This document shows, piece by piece, positions 38,188 through 50,476 of a DNA stretch of 64,000 bases. The notes beneath the pieces were generated by a model that worked only from the letters and a program-made list of their open reading frames with translations, made no database searches and was not told where the DNA came from. Position numbers and translations under genes: made by a program. Source of the DNA: Dimorphilus gyrociliatus (lineage: Eukaryota; Animalia; Annelida); assembly GCA_904063045.1 (NCBI GenBank), contig CAJFCJ010000008.1, positions 1,540,097 to 1,604,096 of the forward strand, read 5' to 3'. Positions within the stretch are counted from its first letter, which is position 1; each line of letters begins with the position of its first letter.

Positions 38188-41100
38188 GCGAAGATCACTG
38201 TAGGAATTAAAAAAGACAAAGACTATTTAAAAAACATTATTAACAATAGTTAAGGATATTAATTCACTTAGATATTTATTGTATTAGTGATAGCATAACA
38301 GACAATATTCTTACAATTTCAGAGATATAAGCAATATTATCAAATACATCTTCAACACGAAAACAGTAGATAAAATTACATAGTAAAAGACGAATAGCGA
38401 GTGAATACTTTGAACCGATAAAAATAAAAGCATCTTTGATAAGATGGAATAATAACGTAAAAATTGTCGCACCTTTGTTAAGATATAAATTTACGAGTTG
38501 ACTTTATCAAAAAACTATAGAAAGACGGAAGAAGTAACAAAGTCTCTTGTTTTTTATCTATCATTCATTAATCAAAATGACATATATTAGTTACGAATAC
38601 TTTCATGGTTGAAACATTGGATAGAATTATCATAATATTTTGTTCAATATGTAAAATTTACAAGTATACAGTATCCTGATATACACTATATAAAAAAGAA
38701 CTATTGTATGCATTTATTCTTCTCATTCTTTTTGTAGAGTTTTAAATAATAAATGGTAAAAATAACAAATCAGTAAACATTTTGCAAAACAAGTTTCCAT
38801 TTTTCAATTGAATAATAGAAAGCCAAGAATATTTGTCCTTGCTGTCTCTATTTCGTTGTTCAATTTAATCCGAAAGCAAAAAAAAATAACTAAACGATAT
38901 ATTTGTCAGATCATAATTCCGTTTATCGATGAGGAAAATATTTAACTTAAATAACTTTCAATATTTTTTCTTCCTTTTTCTTCTTCATTTGCAAATATCA
39001 CCTAAAGAACAAATATATACTATTGCTACTGCCTGTTAACTTGTTAATGAGTTTGCTAGCTTCTCAAGTATGACTATTTACTTTTAAAGAGAAAGAATAT
39101 ATGGTCTTTTTTATTATAAAACATACAACTCATTCGTTCTTATCTTAGTCATCAAAGTTGATGACAAGTTATATTGGGTAAAAGAGTGAATCAATATTAT
39201 TATTAGTCATAACTACGAGAATTTATAAAAACATAATAGTTCTTTCAGATACATAAACATATCGCTATAGGATCGTGTTTTCATCAAGTCGTTATTGAGA
39301 CTAAATTAACTAAGAGAAAGTTACGATCGGATATGGAAAGAGTAATCAAAAAACAGCAAATACTCCGGTCCAATCGATTTACTTTTGTATGTCTCCATTC
39401 TCGTATTTTATACATGAATTGAAATTTACTTTACAGAATTTTTACAGAATCACGTATGAAAACATTACGCAAGAAATGAAAACAATTAGGGTTTAATTAT
39501 AAGTAAAATGACCTTTCGTAGTACAAAAAAATGGTAAATAATATTCGTTAATACCTGACAATGAGTAATACGGAAAGTTTCCAGATCAATTAAGTAACGA
39601 CACGAGAAATAGGCCGATATAAAATAATTGGATAATGTCGAAAAAAGCCAACATTCGCCTATCAAAAACATAGGTCAAGGTATCGTAATAAATCAAATTG
39701 TTGGTATTTTGATACATTAAACAAGGGTACACTATATTTGCGACTCTCTCTTCACAAAGGAAAGTTAATGCTTCGCATTTCATGAACAAAACTTTAAATA
39801 AGAGTTTTTTATATATTCTATTTTGGTATGTAATCATATAGATTTACCAACTTTTCAGTTAGATAATAAATTAACAGATAACGGATATAAAAAATGTAAT
39901 GGAGAAGTAATTTTTGATTAAAATTTATTTAGGGTTTGGAGAGATACTTTGGGTTAAATAAAATATTCTTATCACGAAAATTGTACTCGTAAGTAAATAG
40001 AAGTACCACCGAATAAACAATAAGGATCAGAATCATAATAAACAGGGTTCAAAGACATAAAAGCATTATTTACATAATTTAATCGAATTTTTTTGGTTGA
40101 CGAAAGTCGTACTTGATAAGCTTTCGGCGTTTCAAAATAAAGTTATATTACTATACTGAATCGTTTTGAAAATCGTTTTCTGGATAATACGAAAATCATT
40201 CAAAAATGTATACAATATCACTTGACTAGTTTTTTTTGAATGTGGCTAATTTACGAATTAATTCCTGATTCTTTAAGGAGATTTTACTGTTCAATTACTA
40301 TTAGAGGAATTATTTTTCTTTATACAACAAAAAAACTTAGGACGAAGACGAGTATTAGCTGCTGAAAGTGCTCAAACCTATTGTATAATGCACTCCATAA
40401 ATTGAAACGATAAAAATATCGACCTATTTAAGAAATGAATTATTTATTTTCATTTATATTTTATTTAGCATACGAAATCTGTTGAAGTAAAAGTAAAAGA
40501 ATATTTATTGAATTCGTTACAGACTAAGGAAGATTTTTCCCCCTGCTTCTTTAAGGCTAAAATTACACAAGACTACTCAGGAAGGAAATTACAATTATAT
40601 CTTACGCTTGGATTAAGATAAGAAATAGCTATTGAATAATGTTAATAACGGCAATTACCCAACAACCTATATCCCTCCCCCTATTCCCATGCTACAATGA
40701 ATCCACTCCCACACCCCACCATCGAGTTACCCTCGGTCTGTTCAGCAGCAATTTGACCGTTAATATATTTAATGTAGATATCTTGGCTGACAAATTTACA
40801 TAAGCAGTACTTAAACAGTAAAAATTACAAATATTTTTCATTACCTTCATTGAAAACTTATTAAAAACACTGCGATTATCCCAAGGAGAAATTAAGCGGG
40901 GGGAAACTAGGTCATAAAAAATGGCGGATTGGTCAGCCGATGGTCAATGGGAGCGAACAGTAATTAAAATAGTAAGCATTGAAATCCGGACATATATTTA
41001 ATATAAAACTGGCTAGTATGAAAAAAAAGGTTTCTAGTTGACATACCTTCACTGGTAACCAATCTCTTTTTCTAGTTGTGATTTGTTCTTCCTTTACAAT

Positions 41101-41306
41101 TAACACTGAGCCTAAAACGTCGTGAAAATTTTTCCAAACAAATAAATTTCTTCGTTACAGACGATACTTAATTTTTTAAGACAAGTCCAGAGATGATTCG
41201 ATCGCTGAAACTCACTAAAAACAGGAGAAAATTACGATTTTCGAGTTCTTGCGTACGAGATTGTTTTGTTTGGAAGCTCATTAACATTTCTAAAAATACG
41301 GGAATC

Positions 41307-41359
41307 CACGTGACGTCAATAGACCGCAGCGACTCCTATTGATTTGTTTGGCGCCATCT
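41307..41359. promoter_or_regulatory. Probable promoter/enhancer: overlapping E-box and CRE (CACGTGACGTCA) plus GCGCCATCT
   Basis: CACGTG at 41307, TGACGTCA at 41311 and GCGCCATCT at 41351 lie in a GC-enriched patch upstream of the TGFBR3-like gene. Confidence 0.45.
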
Positions 41360-42665
41360 GCCTTATGTGAAAATTTTTATATATTTCAAGAACATTCAAT
41401 AAAAATGCCTTTGAAAGCAATAACATTACTGTAATATAAATATAGTGGACCTTAAAACCATTATTTAATAAAGAATGGAATGAAATGCATAACCAGAATA
41501 TAAATTTTTAATTTAAAACGACTTTGGCAAAAACTTGTTCTGGTTTAAAGACTTTACACAAATAAATATATATATATATGGTTTAGATGAATGTCAGTAT
41601 AACGTGTCATTACAATATGTAAACAAAAAGCCTTCAACCACAAGAAAAAAAGAAATATTTTAAAAATTTTTATCTAAAAATAATAACAATAAATAATGAT
41701 CTTAATCTCTTTAAGAAAAGAAAAATATAATATGGCCAGAGGGAGACAAGAAGAAAAGGTGGAAAAAGCCAAAGAAATTGATAGATATATAGTATAAAAG
41801 ATAGCAAAGAGATTATCTTACAAATCACTATCTGTTTTATAATTTTACACTTTTAACTAACATTAATAGTTACGTATTTCATTTTCCTTCTATCAGCAAT
41901 AATAGAAAACTTCATTCCATATAATATGGAAGTAATATATCTATTAATATGCTGTATAGATGCGTATATACAGTATATACAACATATAGAGTATATATTC
42001 TATTTAATGATCTATTATTTTCGAAATGATTCATTAACTATATGAAAATTTAATATAAGAAAAAGTAAAGTAATTAAATAGGTTAATATTACTTTAGAAA
42101 TAGATTTTTTATTTTTACTCTACATTCCCACCTTGAAAATTCACCTTTATAGGTAAAACAAAGCTTTAAAATCAAAACGTTTCCTATTTCTTAATCTTGT
42201 TCGCAATATTCAAATGGCGAAAATTTAATTAAAGTGAGAAATATTAATACTTTTGCAGTATATGACAAAAATATATTGGATATATATTCTAATATATATG
42301 TTTATGTTGTTTTTCTTTAAGTTTATCTATATTTGATTGTAGGCTTATTTTTCCACGAAATGATCAATCCCCTTTTCTTTTGTGTTTTTAATTATATATT
42401 CACTTTTTCTAGGTATTGTACCATTTTTTTATTACAAAGTTTAAGAAACTGTTTTGCAAATATTTTAGGTTGAATAAACATAAAAATTTAAGGTAAGTTT
42501 AATGTTTTATTTGTTATGTTTTCCTTTTTTTTATTTTTTGCGACCATCTTTTAAGAATTTTTATTAACATAACTATAAGCGTACGTTTTCAACACTACAT
42601 TACACAGTCAAAAGCTATATCTAAGTACAAATATAGTATATAGACCTCCGCTAAAAACGTCTTTT

Positions 42666-45600
42666 CTACTCTTTCGACCAAACTCGCTTCGGCTTATCTG
42701 GGAAAACTTTTTGAATTTTCTTTAATGCTTCTATTTCTTTCAAGAAGAATATATTCTGCTCCTCGTATTCGGCTAATGTTTGCTCGCTTGTTTTAATTAC
42801 TTGCGTCATTTCTTCTATTGAACTTTTAATTTCTGATTCATCGAACTTCGTTCTTAATCCAGTATATTTTTCTTCTAATTCTTTGAGGCGCTCTTCGTCA
42901 ATATCCCCAAGAGTATCTATTGAAAAAAAAACCATTATATTCACTATATTCACTTACAATTCTTGACAAGCCTGGTCATATATCTTGCTATATAATTTTA
43001 AAAGTAGTGCCATCTATATTACTTTCAGTGAATTAAATTATACACGCACCCATAATATTCTTTATTTCATCAATTAGCTTTGTAGAGTTCTCTATGCTCT
43101 CCTCCAAGTCTCGTGTAGTGGTGGATATTTGTGAAGTGACTCCGGAGACCTAATAAATAAATAAATATACCGGTTTAAATATAAATAAATCATTATAAAT
43201 ACCTTATCAAGTGTTTTCTTATTATCCTCGTTTATAGTTTGGGTATTGTTAACATAAATTGATGTTTTTTCATATCCTTCTACCAAATCTCTCATTGATT
43301 CAGAACATTTGCTAATAGTTTCATTGCTCTCGTTTAAGTCTTTAAAGACATCTTTAATTGTTTGATCGATATTTTCACTTTCCTTCTCTCCTTGTCGAAG
43401 AGTCTCCACAGCCTGTGATGAAACACTATCAGCATTTTCAATGTTCTCTCCAGTTTCGATACTTTTCATATTACTTTCTTTAATCCATTGTTTGGTTTGG
43501 TGTGAATTCGCTTCCGCTTCTTCAGATTTTTTCTTGCTACGTTGAATAACATTATCAAAATCTAGCAATCTTTTGTATGTTTCTTTTGCAGTTTTTATAG
43601 CATATCCAGATTCTTCAACAGCTCTAGAAATTTTCTTTTTCTCCATATATGCTTGGGCCAGCAGTAGGTTAAATCGTTTGGATAACTCCATTATTTCATA
43701 TATTTGTTTCTTTGTCTTTTCAACATTTGGTCTCATCTCTTCAGCATCTTTCTCATATTTTTCTTTTCGATTTTCGAGAAGTTCCTTAATCTTTTCATAT
43801 TGTTCATTTATTTCATTTAACATATTTTCATAAATTGTTAAATTGACTTTGTAGCCTAAATCTCTATCAACATTGACAGAGATCTGAATAACTGCTTTTC
43901 TCAAATCGTCTGCAATTTTTTTATAGCTCTCTATTAGATCCAAGGTATTTTTATAATTACTTCGAACTGATGTAAGATTTATCTGCAATTCTTCAATTAG
44001 ATCTTTTAGAAGATCAGGTTTATCAAACGTTTCAGTAATTGTTTGTTGAAGCTTTTCAACTTTTTCAAAGTTTTCATTGGCAGTTTTATTTATTTGTATA
44101 GCCGACTTATGAATTGAGTCAGCAGTATCTCTTGCTTTAATAGCAATAATTGTTAGTTCAGCATTTTGCTGACCATGCTCATTAAGTAATTCTTCTGTTT
44201 TATGAAGCAACGCCCAACTACTATTCAACTTTGACTCAACTTCATCGAGATTATATTGGGTATCGTTTATTTTTGCTCTCACTTCCATCAAATTTTTGTC
44301 AGTAATGTGCAAATTTTGGTGTATTGTTTGTGTTCCATTCATTAATTCTTTTAATTTCTCTTCTAGCTCTTTCCAATCGTTCGATAGCTTTTCAGCAAGC
44401 ATACTCATTCCACCACCTCCCGTTTGTTTCAACGCTTTTTCATATAAAGCAGATATTGAAGCATTTACAGCTTCTAACTTTTCAGCAAAATCTGAATCAT
44501 TTAGTTTCTTTGGATTGTCACGAATATCTACTATCATCTGTTCCACTTTCATCAAATTGTCTCTAGTAGTATTAACAAGCGATTGAACTTCGCTGTAGCA
44601 TAAATCACATTCCAAGCAACCCCTAGCCTTATTATAGCGATTTTCTGCGCACACAGAACACGTTTTGCTAACGTAATTTGGCTTACATTTGCATTCTCCA
44701 GTGAACAGATCGCATTGTTCGGACAAACTGCCTTCAGGATCGCAATTACAAGGTTCACAACCAGAATATGAGAATCCCCAATGATTTTCAATACATTTAT
44801 CACACCTTAAACCACTTACGCCTTTATTACAATCGCATTGACCACTTTTTACATTGCATTGTCCCTGACCTGTCTTTGTACCGGTCGTATTACACAGACA
44901 GGCGGTACAGCCTTTGCCAGAGTCTAAACCGTAGAAATTTTGTTCACACTTATCGCATCTTCTACCTTCAACTCTATCGAAGCAATCACATTGGCCACTT
45001 TTCAAATCACAGGTTAAAAGTTCATCAGTATAGTTATCAGGCTTCTTCGTTCCGTTAAAGTAGCAACTACAAGCTTCACAGCCTTGACCGTAAGTCATAT
45101 TAAAATAACCTGGAGCGCAATCTTCACAATGTGAACCCATCGTCGATTCCAAACATTCCAAACATTCTCCCGATGTCCTATTACATGGATTGATGACATT
45201 AGAATGAACGTTTCCATTACATTTACATTTCACGCACGGTCCACCTCCCTGAGTTGCTGGTAAATCTGGATTTCCGTAGTAACCAATTGAACACTCCATA
45301 CATCTTAAACCACTATATCCTTCCAAACAATTCAAACAAACTACATTCTGAAACTTATCAACAGTACAGGTTGCAAGATTCTTTTTTGTGTTTTTACATT
45401 TGCAAGGTTGACAATCGTTTGGTCCTCCTTGGAGAGCATTACCATAGAAAGCATCTTTACATTTTTCACAGTGATCTCCTGTTGTATCATGTTTACAGTC
45501 AAGGCATACTCCAGTTTCTGGATCACAATCAATAGCATGCCCATGGCAGTCACACTTGACACATCTGCCATACGGACCAGGCGTACTTCGATAGTAACCA

Positions 45601-48271
45601 GGTGCACATTTTTCGCAAGAAAGTCCTGTATATTCTGGTGGGCAAGTACAATTCTCAACCATCCTATCAATATCGCCTCCCACTGAAGTGTCCGCTGATT
45701 CCAGCGCAAAATGTGTCAACTTGTACTTAATTACTCTATTCGGTACAGCGGCTCGTATCTTTATCGCTGTCAAATTTGATAGAACTTGTGCTATTGAACT
45801 ATCATCAGTAAATTCTAAACCATCCCTATTCAATTGAATTTTATACGAAGCACCCATGACTTTAGGAACTTTCGCTAATGTTTTTTTAATCTGTAAGCCA
45901 TCAGTTCCCTCCAATATAAAATCATTATCCTGATTATACGGATTAACTTCAGATTCGCTTACCAAAGTAAAGGTAACAAATTTGTAAAAACTCTTCCTTT
46001 GATCACCTAGGAATTTTTTAGGGGCTATAAAGAAATACTCATATCCATCAGTAAATTCAATTCTTTTTGGCTTAACCAATCCAGAATCATGCTCCAGATA
46101 GTCTTCCGAGGTATTCAGAGATTGTCCCATGAAAAACTCTTCTAGTTTCCAGCCATCATTATCAGCTTTAAAATTGGCTTCGATTGTATTTTTATAAAAG
46201 TTATCAGCTACAGTACAAATATCAGTTCTATCAGAACAATAACATGGCAAGCATCCTCGTGTTAGATTTCCAGAAAATCCAAAGAAACTTTTTATGCATT
46301 GATCACAGTCAGTACCTTTTACGTGCGCCTTACATTGACAAGTTCCTCTATCGCAAAAACGGGTACCCTCATCATTGCAAGTACATTTTCTACATCCTGA
46401 ACCAGTGTTATAATAACCATCTAGACAAGAACTACAGAATTCATCCGTTGCACCCTCTTTACAGGTACATTTGCCCCCTACTGGATCACATTTTTCGGTA
46501 TTTAATAAATCACATCGACATTGATAACAAGGCAGGGTTGGATCGTCTAAATCTCTGTAATGGTTGTCTTCACACAATTCACAATTTCTTCCCTTTGTAT
46601 GACTTGTGCAATATAAACTACAGTCACTACCACTACCAGTTGCTTTATATAGGGTTGAGTTAAATATGCATCTTTCAGAATGAAAGTTACATTGACATCT
46701 TTTACACGCATTTACATTTTCCGGTGTACCGGGCATTGGTGGAACATCCTGATATTCTTCCAAGCATTTCTCACAGTTCGGACCCGTTGTATAATGAGCA
46801 CATTCACACATCCATCTCTCACTATAATATGTGCAGGTATCTGCATGACCGCTGCAGTAACAACTACCGCCAATGTGAATATTACTTATGCTATAAAATT
46901 GCCGACGAAGATCGTCTTGGTTGGCGTAGGGAGTTGTTATCATCTCTTGCAGAGAAATTCTTATACCTTTTACTGTTACAAAGTTTTTCATCATTTCTTG
47001 CGTAGATGTATGGCCGGAAAATCGATTTATGTTAGGCACAAAAATCGCTCGACCATATTCATAACCAATAAAATCTACGTACTGTCTCGTACAATAAGGA
47101 GCGGAAAAATTATCCTTCGTAAATATTGGATCCGAAAGCTCCCAATCGTGCATTCCATATCTTCGTTCACATGTTAAACTGTATATGACATAGGGTTCCC
47201 ATTTATCATCAACTGTCAATCTTTCTATAACAAAACTTTGAGGTGCTGTTGACCGAAATTTGATCTTAATGTTCGCCAAAATCATTTTCTTTCCTGTAAT
47301 TTATAAGAAAATTAGTGTTCCACTTTTTTCCGACCGTACGACATGTAAAAATCTACTTTAAAAAAATAAGTCGCCTTTCTTGTCTCTGCTTTCATTTAAA
47401 GATAAAAAGTTTGCTTCACTTCAAATACGCTTTTAGAGCCTTAGAAGGCATATCTAGGTCAAGCAAAACCTATTACACCAATAAAACCGTTTGTAATTGC
47501 CGTATAATTCGTAGTCTAGCATTAGGAGTGTTAAACACATGTATAAGTATTTCTCAAAAATTGTTACGTAATCGATTAGTAACTATACCAATTAGAAAAT
47601 TTTTGTTTCTGATAGTATCTACAGAATATACATATACTGTTAACTATATTTTATGTCCATTGTTTTATTGGGAGTAACATAAGCCCCTAACTCGAACTGC
47701 TTTGTTCTCACGTAGGTTACTCTTCAAGCTTTTTTTTATTCAATGGAAAATTTTCTATGGGAAAATCAAAAAATGTAGAGATGCTAATATATCTAGGCGT
47801 GGTGCGTTTAAAAACCTATAAGGTCAAAAGGTTAGCGTCGTACAATATATACAAACAATTTAACCTACCAAACAATATCGTAACGTTAACTGGGCTTCTA
47901 GATATAGTACGATCAGTATAGGTGGTAGCGCTGGCCCAGAAAGTTGAATCCGAAGCATCTGTCATTCTTTCAGGTAGAAGGGTAGTATATAAAGTATCTC
48001 CACTATATCTTTGATCGTCGCAAACAAAGCATCGAACTCGGGTGGAACCTCTAGAGGTAGTTGTCGTCATAAAGCAATAGCTTTCTCTTGATCCTCTGTA
48101 ACCGCATTGACTTGTAACATTAGGAATTAAACCTCTTGCTATATTTGTTAAACCAGGACGACAGAAAACAGGGTTATTCTCCTCGTCCATACATCTTGAC
48201 CTCCTTCTCTGTGTGTTTGCGGTTTGAAATAGGAGAAGGATCGCGCAGACCACCAACGTAAGGGCATTCAT
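42666..48271 (-). CDS. LAMC1: Laminin subunit gamma (LAMC1/LanB2-like, divergent), 4 exons, 1614 aa
   Basis: Exons 48271-47869, 47293-43203, 43149-43050 and 42916-42666 are phase-compatible (4845 nt). Signal peptide, LN domain, LE repeats, a single L4/LamB domain (APKKFLGDQ, LSNLTAIKIR), more LE repeats and a long coiled coil give a gamma-chain architecture. Confidence 0.92.
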
Positions 48272-48358
48272 ATTTTTTTTTTCAGCTCACTCTCTCTCTT
48301 ACTCTCTCCCCTTGCTTTAACTCCTCTTCTCTTCAATATCCAAACTGGTACTTTGCCG

Positions 48359-48395
<37 letters not shown>

Positions 48396-48574
48396 CCCAA
48401 AATGTGCTCTTCTACAACTATGACGGATTCTCAGCAATCGTTCATTTAACGTCGTCAAATACTTCTTATCCGATTGTTCTCTTCTAATCTACGAATTATA
48501 TTTTACCAGTATCACTTCTGTTATCCTAGTTTTCCTTCTCCGTTCACCACCTTAATCTCCTTGCTTTCCCACTA

Positions 48575-48760
48575 TGAAACGTACGCCGCACGCCGCACTA
48601 GGTTGGCTTGGTCTGGTCGAAAACTCGAGACGATATCGCTAACAGATTAAAAGCGACGTCTAGCGGTCGAGCTTCCCGACAAACTGGGCCAGAAGCCCAG
48701 AAGGTTAACGATAACGTCCTGTTGGTTAAACTCTGCCCTCTCAATCTCTAGCTCTACCTC
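48575..48760 (-). promoter_or_regulatory. CpG-rich promoter/5' UTR patch upstream of the laminin gamma gene
   Basis: Dense CpG (CGCCGCACGCCGCAC, CGACGTC, GCGGTCG) against the AT-rich background, about 300-500 nt upstream of the ATG. Confidence 0.5.
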
Positions 48761-49551
48761 TAGCTCCCCATTTATTTCTAGGTCAAATCACCTAGCATGG
48801 TGCAAGTGTATGTACAGTAAAAAACGTTTTTTACATATCTTTGGTGTGTGCAGATTTTGTAGGTTTACTCTACCACCTTTTTATCTGCAAGCGAAAGTTA
48901 AGATTATGTAATCTTCATGTAAGAGGTGGCTTTGTCGAACTGCTAATAGATAAGAAATTCATATTGAAAGGGAAAATAAGAAAGAAATGTTTCGGTCAAA
49001 GTTGAAACGTCCCTTTACTTGTTTATTTCATTTTATCTTAAATGAAAAGAAACATAAGCAGTTAGTCATATCCTATATATAACTCTTCTTTATAGACTAA
49101 AATGTTGTTGTAAACCGAGGCTAATGTACTGGAATATTTTTATAACTTTAGTTTTTAATTTATTTATTCTTTACATCTATCACAGATCTAGTACTTATGA
49201 AAAGAAGGGCTGTCAAAAACTAAAGGGAGGCTACAAGTGAAACTGAATAGCTGAATTGATAATTAGACCTATATGGTATTTTAAGCCAGACTATTGTTAT
49301 TTTTTAAAACTGTACACTGAAATCTATAGCAAGGTTCTTCCTTAAGCAGTATATGTTACTTAAAAAATTTTTTCACCTATATTTGAATTGACCACTTTAG
49401 TCATCATTCAAGTGTAAATGCTTGATTGCTTACACCTGTTCATATCACTCTATCATCTCATCTTAAGATTTCATAATAGATTAATTACAATCTCAAACTT
49501 TCTTTTACAAATAGGAATTACGTAACAAAGTTTCTCAGAAATTTTATCACA

Positions 49552-50476
49552 AGATGGCGCAATTTATCTGTCGTTCTAAAATAGCTTTCCCGTTAAGTAC
49601 AATAGAAGAAAAGTAGTTTTATTGCCAAGCTTTTTCTATCTTCTTCAATATCAATAATACAAAAAGTGAAGACGAGTAAAATTTGATAGCTTGTGGGTAT
49701 AAAATTAGTAATAATTCTAATAAAGATATATGTGTTAGTGGGATAGTTATAATGATATAGGGCATATAGAGGGCGTCTCGTTTCAGTGAATAAGTCAGTT
49801 ATGTATTATAAGAAACTTTTCTTCAGTTGGTTGGTTTGTAACCTTGAAAAAATGTTAAAGCGCCATCTACAAGTGTGTTTGTCCGAAATATATACCACAG
49901 AGGGAGCTTCTATTCTTTCAGTATTTATTACAAAATCATTAAACATTGAATAAGCTGAAATATATAAAAGTATTAATAAAGAAAATAAAATAAAAAGAAA
50001 ATTTTTATTAAATTTTTCCTTCCTACTTAAAAGTTTAGAAATTTCATGTTATAACAATAAAAACTGTCTTTCGGCATTTTAAAGTATAGAAAGACAATCT
50101 TTCAAGAACGAAAATATTTATAATTATAGCCTTTTAAAAATTTATATTAGGAAAAAAATAAGTAAATAAATACCATAAAAGAGGTTGGATAAATGTTTTT
50201 AGAACGTACTCTTTCATATTATCGGACAACGAAAAGAAATTACTTTGATGAACTTTTAACGCCTGACCGCTTGAACTATTCATTCAAAACTGTATTCTCC
50301 AAGGTATAATTTATTACACATATCTCTACACCGTTTCATCCTTTGCTCTACGGCTCACTAGTCTGACTCAGTCTCTTAAGCAATTTTTGGATTTTGAATG
50401 ATATAGTTTATAGACAATGGGAAATTTTGACGGAGTACTCTTAACCTAGGGTGCGCTTTCATGAAAAGCGCCATCT
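49552..50476. promoter_or_regulatory. Cluster of three CTCF-like GCGCCATCT sites (49552 minus, 49860 plus, 50468 plus)
   Basis: Exact 9-mer matches read directly. The 9-mer is the core of the CTCF consensus GCGCCATCTAGTGG. Confidence 0.5.
50237..50288 (+). repeat. Copy A of a 52-bp dispersed element (copy B at 59126-59177)
   Basis: Ungapped manual alignment gives 45/52 identity, with an exact 16-nt core TGACCGCTTGAACTAT. Confidence 0.85.

Noticed and set aside
42958-42987. 30-nt phase-symmetric micro-exon candidate (ARYMTRLVKN) in the last laminin intron
   Set aside because: The protein aligns to gamma1 without a gap when it is skipped, and inclusion needs a 41-nt intron. It is probably cryptic unless RNA-seq shows inclusion.
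43573-47177. Many plus-strand and off-frame ORFs overlapping the laminin exon
   Set aside because: They are antisense or frame shadows of a long coding exon, with no recognisable motifs.
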